A DNA stretch of 64,000 nucleotides from Clytia hemisphaerica (lineage: Eukaryota), in the NCBI RefSeq assembly GCF_902728285.1, contig NW_027103826.1, positions 180,759-244,758 on the forward strand. The letters are read 5' to 3'. The notes beneath the pieces were generated by a model. The model was not told where the DNA came from. It searched no databases and saw nothing but the letters and a program-made list of their open reading frames with translations. Shown here piece by piece: positions 59,615 through 64,000 of the stretch (positions are counted from its first letter, which is position 1; each line of letters starts with the position of its first letter). The position numbers were made by a program, and so were the translations under genes.

Positions 59615-60279
59615 GTAAATAATAAAGGCCGGTCTCTACTTGCGCGCGCTGCGATCGCACTTTTTGGCTTAAATCCTTTTTGCTTGGAAAAAAGATTACG
59701 TCATAAAAATGTAGCACGCGCTCGAAAAAAAAAATGAACACATTTCAACTTTTTTCAACTGCTCAGATCGTCAGATCGTTGCTTCATTTTTTTTTACCAA
59801 TAGCGTGGAAGTTTTGCTCGAAAAAGTGCGATCGAAGCGCGCGCAAGTGGATACCGACCTTAAAACCACCTTGCTCTTGGGGCCAAAAATCTCTGATCAT
59901 AGATGGGGTGTATTATCGAAGGGATTTTAACCTGGGTCTAGATATCCAATGATTGCAATAGCCTCTAGCCATTCAGATTTTTAATTCAAATTTAATGAAA
60001 TGTGAAAGATCGCTTATATAAAACTTTATTGATAAAATTTCGTTTATAAACAATGCACTATATGATACTATATGAAAGAATTTTAGAAGGCACGTACAGT
60101 CTATCCATTTCTATGAACGGAATGCTATTGGACTATAATTTGAATAGTTTGAAATTCCAAAATGGACTTTTCCAGGAAAAACCGTATACCCCCTGTTAAG
60201 GATGTCCATTTTAAGTTCCAAGATCCTTTCCTTTCCCTGGATTTCTACACTTTCTCTTGGTCGGTCTCTTTAGTTGCTA

Positions 60280-60420
60280 GGTACCAAGCAAAGAGGCGTC
60301 AAGTACCCATTATGAGTCTTTGGTATAACACTCGCCGGTTCGGGGTCGAACCCACAACCTTGAGCTGGAAAACATGCGTTTTTATAAGCATTGGACTTAT
60401 AAGCAAAGCAAAGCTTAGAT
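60280..60420 (-). mobile_element. tRNA-derived SINE copy in GPCR intron 1. Same family as 42950-43085.
   Basis: The reverse complement contains AAGGTTGTGGGTTCGACCCCGAACC followed by …ACCAAAGACTCATAATGGGTACTTGACGCCTCTTTGCTTGGTACCTAGC, aligning with the plus-strand copy. Confidence 0.6.
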
Positions 60421-60736
60421 ATATGGCAAATATTTAAGAATATTCTAAGAATTACCTTGAGACTGCGAAAAATGTATCTTCCTGGTTTTAGTTGTTTTTG
60501 GCTGAGGTTTTACGGATTTTTCGAAATTTCTCTAAAATTTTGTTTAGAATAGAATCATCCATCAAGGAATTCTCAGTCTTGTCAATTTCTTGATCTAAGC
60601 ATTGCTGAGCCAGTTTATGGATTTTTGAATGTTTAATATTAAAAAAGAACATGTACTCTATCTTCATGCTCGGACCCCTCACTCACTTTCTTTTTCCTTT
60701 GTTCCCAAATTTCTATTTTTTTTTTTCTGTTCACAG

Positions 60737-61883
60737 GCCAAGGTGGTTTTGAGGTCATTGGTGTCTTCCCTTTCAATGAAATCAACAAAAGAAGCGAAGT
60801 TGATCTTCAAAATGGTGTTATGCTTGCTGAAGCAATGAGATTCGCTATCCAACAAGTCAACAAGCTTGATATACTCCACGGTTATAAATTCAATTTGACC
60901 AGTATGTTCAATTGTCTAACCGAATTTTGTGTCCGGGAAAAAATTCGTGATACTTTCTTAACAAAAACTCAATTTCTAATTGGCCCTTACTCGTCCGAGA
61001 CTTCTTATTATGGCTCTATTCTTACTGATACTTTCCAACTGCCGTCAATCAGTTACAGCGCTACATACAGTGATTTCGGACGTTACGGGCTTATGCAACG
61101 ATACATGTACCGGACAGTTCCCTCGGACGATTATCGTATTTTGGCCGCTTTACAATTTATCCGACAATCCAACTGGACGTACGTTGGCGTCATTAGTTCC
61201 CATGGTTACGATGGAGAACGTGACGCTATTCTGTTTATACGGAAACTTTCAAAATATGGTGCTTGTTTGTCAAGCCAAAGAAAAATTCCGAGATATGAAG
61301 ACACTGAAAAACATTACGAGAATATTATCGAAGAAATGCTCTCAGAAACCAGGTTAAGTGTTCTTGTTTTATTTACAACCAATAAAGATACAAGAAACAT
61401 TTTCCGAGTCTTAAAAGCGAAAAAATTAGAATCTAGATTCACAATACTGTGTATGTATGGCTGTACTAACTACTTGGATGTCGTAAATGGAAACCAGGAT
61501 ATATCAAACGGTACTTTGAGTATGTATATCCACAATACTGAAGTTGAAGAATTCAAGTCCTGGTTTTTACGCTTGAAACCTGAAAACCATCCTTTCGGAG
61601 ATCTGTACTTTAACACATTTTGGGAAAACGTATTTCACTGTCATGTTAATGAATCAGAAAATGTTAAATTGTATGACAAAAAATGCACCATGAATGAGCA
61701 ACTGGATGTCGGTCAAGGATACTACACGTCTACCCCTGTCCATACTGTTCTCGATGCAGTTTATGGTATGGCTTTGGCAACCAAAAATTTCATTGAAAAC
61801 ACATGTAACGAATTTGAATATCGAAAATTGGAGCTCAACAAAAACGTATCCATTGGAACAGCAAAACGAATTTGTTATATCGG
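60737..61883 (+). CDS. Class C GPCR exon 2 (1147 bp) encoding most of the Venus-flytrap ligand-binding domain.
   Basis: Acceptor is ttttttctgttcacag. The translation aligns to mGluR VFT: GVMLAEAMRFAIQQVN (LEAMLFALDRIN), YGACLSSQRKI (EGICIAHSYKI) and DLYFNTFWENVFHCHV (NPWFREFWEQRFRCSF). Donor is GTATGT. Confidence 0.85.
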
Positions 61884-62384
61884 GTATGTATTGCCATAGT
61901 CCGTATAAAAAACCCTGGAAGCCTTCCATTGTTTCTTACTTGAGCTTGCGTTGAGAAATTAGTTTGTTTTGCTCAATTTTTGATCATGTGATTAAATCTT
62001 AAACCAATCCCAAGGGGAGTACTTGGTAACGTGATCAAAAACTGAGTAAACGGATTTTCATCTAATTTCATCTAAAAGATAATAACAAAGGAAAAAGCTA
62101 ACAAAAAGTTAAAACAAAAAGCTTCCAGACCAGTGTTTTTTATAAGGACTATGCTATTGCAAAAGTTCAGTTATTCATCAAATAAATAATCTAAGCGATC
62201 TGTGGTACATATAACATTGAAAGGAAAGGGGTGGTCATTAAGTAGCTAAAAGTACAATCATGGTCGAATTATTTGAGAAAAAGGGAAATTCACCGGGAAG
62301 TTTTGAAACCACAATCGATTTGTAAGTGCTCTAAAGTAGCTTGGAAGGCTTAGAGTTTTAACATGAGACTTTAGAGGGGGGGCG

Positions 62385-62790
62385 TACCAGTTTGTCGGTG
62401 TGTCGGTATTGACCTTTTTTTGCGTCGGTATTTCGGTGATTAACAAAAAATATGTCGGTATTTCGGTGTTTGAGATGCTTTTCGGTGACGGAAAATGTTA
62501 AATTTTCAATCGGTGATACGGTAATTTTTCTCGAAACGTCAAAGAAACGGTGTTAAAATCAAGGGTTATTTCTCAGAAATCCCTCCTATGTGATATGTCA
62601 TATTAGAATTAATTTTGAAAAAAAACATGATAATAAGCAAAATCTTGGAAATACTATTCATCTTTTGTCGACAGCTTGAAAAAAATGTCGGTGTCGGTAT
62701 TTCGTAAAAAATGTGTCGGTATTGCGGTAATTTTGTGAAAAACTGTCGGTATTTCGGTGTCCAGGACCCTCGTACGCCCCCCACTTTAGA
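62385..62790. mobile_element. MITE of the G-rich-TIR / cggtatttcgg family, nested inside another interspersed repeat (62250-63000, paralog at 44660-45120) within the GPCR intron.
   Basis: Termini gggggggcgtaccag … ctcgtacgccccccac. Flanking sequence on both sides is contiguous in the paralog at 44760-44800. Confidence 0.6.
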
Positions 62791-63059
62791 CTTAGGACCT
62801 TAGGATCTGAGGATCCAAAAGTTCAAAAATGGTCCAATAAGGCTCATGATATAGCCTGGAAGTCTTTAAAACCGAGCCAAATTGAAATATGCGATTAAAT
62901 TTAGGAGATAGCCCAAAATCAACTTTCTTGCCCGAACTCCAAATTTCGAAAAACGAGGAAATAAGCTTAATTCTCAATAGATTTCGACCATGATTGTAGA
63001 CTAACTAAAAAAGACTCAAATTCATCATAAAGAATCTTTTTTATTTTTTATTTTCAAAG

Positions 63060-64000
63060 AGCTCAAAGAATCCACAAGAATAGCAAGCATGTCAGAGATG
63101 AACTCCTCAAATTGGTTTACAAAGATGGCACCCTCCGTATCTCTGACCCAGGTAACCCTAACGACGGCAGCCGAAAATCAACCATTCAGTATGATATCAG
63201 TCGCTATAGTTACGACAAAACAACAGGGCAGAGTAACATTGAACCAGTTTGGACATGGAAAGTACAAAGAGATGAAAATACAACGTCAGCCGAAGTTGAG
63301 AAGAAATTTTTAGCAAAATCTGAATGGTTTATGAGGCGCCATTCTGCTCAAAATGTTGGTGTTTGTAGTATGCCGTGCGGAATTGGTCAATATATGGAAC
63401 ATGATCAAAACTACGTTAGAAATAAATGTTGTTGGACTTGCCGTAAATGTCCCACAGATCACATTGTTGTCAACAACACTTGTATCGAATGTAAAAATAC
63501 GGAATTTCCGGATGAGCAGCATACCCGGTGTTTATCTTTACCGATCAAAGCCATCACTTGGGGATCGAACGTGATTTCAATCATTTTTGTCCTGTTTTCA
63601 GTGGTAGGACTATTCCTAACCATCTGTGTGGCCCTGATATTCTCGAAAAACAATGATAATAGAATTGTCAGAGCATCTGGCCGTGATCTCTGCTACACAA
63701 TTATGTTTGGTATATGTATGATTTTTGTATGTCCGTTCCTCTTCCTTACTGAAACTAATAAAGCTTCTTGTATCATACGTGGCGCTTTACCCGGCTTCGC
63801 ATTTCTGACGTGTTACGCTCCTTTGTTTTTAAAAACAAACCGTATCTATCGGATCTTTTTCAGCGCACGTGTTTCCGTATCTCGACCATCATTGGTTAGT
63901 TCCCAGTCTCAGTTCGCAGCTTTGTTCGGTGTTTTAGCTGTCCAGATTATCTTGAGTATCGTTTGGTTCACGTCACAGATTCCTATCCCCGAATCGCAGG
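63060..64000 (+). CDS. Class C GPCR exon 3 (partial, continues beyond the window). It covers the end of the VFT, the Cys-rich domain (…VCSMPCGIGQYMEHDQNYVRNKCCWTCRKCPTDHIVVNNTCIECKNTEF…) and TM1-TM3 of the 7TM region.
   Basis: Acceptor is ttattttcaaag. The splice phase is consistent with exon 2 (GG|A). The 9-Cys CRD pattern C-x-PC…CCW-C-xC and TM helices (SGRDLCYTIMFGI) are typical of mGluR/CaSR-type receptors. Confidence 0.85.

Noticed and set aside
60162-60437. 91-aa ORF inside GPCR intron 1.
   Set aside because: The sequence is a minus-strand copy of the tRNA-derived SINE also seen at 42950-43085. The ORF is a chance open frame.
63089-63313. 74-aa ATG-initiated ORF at the start of GPCR exon 3.
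   Set aside because: It is in the wrong frame relative to the splice-phase-consistent, homology-supported GPCR reading frame (…VRDELLKLVYKDGTLRISDPGNP…).

Overview
This window is AT-rich (about one-third GC), intron-containing and repeat-dense, so it is eukaryotic and most likely from an invertebrate metazoan. A cnidarian-like source is only a guess. No prokaryotic-style operons or CRISPR arrays are present.

Four host genes are recognisable:
- A multi-exon importin-7/8 (RanBP7-like) gene on the minus strand, 1..8315, with its 3' end running out of the window. At least 11 exons align colinearly to human IPO7.
- A large NWD1-like NACHT–WD40 STAND NTPase gene on the minus strand, about 19766..32527, possibly extending to 42046 through candidate upstream exons.
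- A class C (mGluR-like) GPCR gene on the plus strand, 59497 to past 64000, with a signal-peptide exon, a 1147-bp exon encoding most of the Venus-flytrap domain, and an exon with the Cys-rich domain and the start of the 7TM region.
- tRNA-derived SINE copies and one degenerate tRNA-like sequence.

The transposable-element content is as follows:
- A DIRS/Ngaro-like tyrosine-recombinase retrotransposon, 11507..17176. It has gag (CCHC knuckle), RT/RNase H pol and YR integrase ORFs. It is flanked by 151-bp direct repeats, and a ~150-bp internal tandem duplication breaks pol.
- A frameshifted R2-superfamily (RLE-type) non-LTR retrotransposon on the minus strand, about 50890..54250. It has an N-terminal zinc finger, an RT with the FADD motif, and a C-terminal CCHC plus REL-endonuclease-like region.
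- Many MITE/foldback families, including a TTAA-flanked 700-bp MITE pair that carries a conserved acidic 66-aa ORF.
- A ~420-bp-period satellite, several minisatellites, and a segmental duplication.

Exon coordinates were derived by eye from splice motifs and homology and should be treated as approximate.
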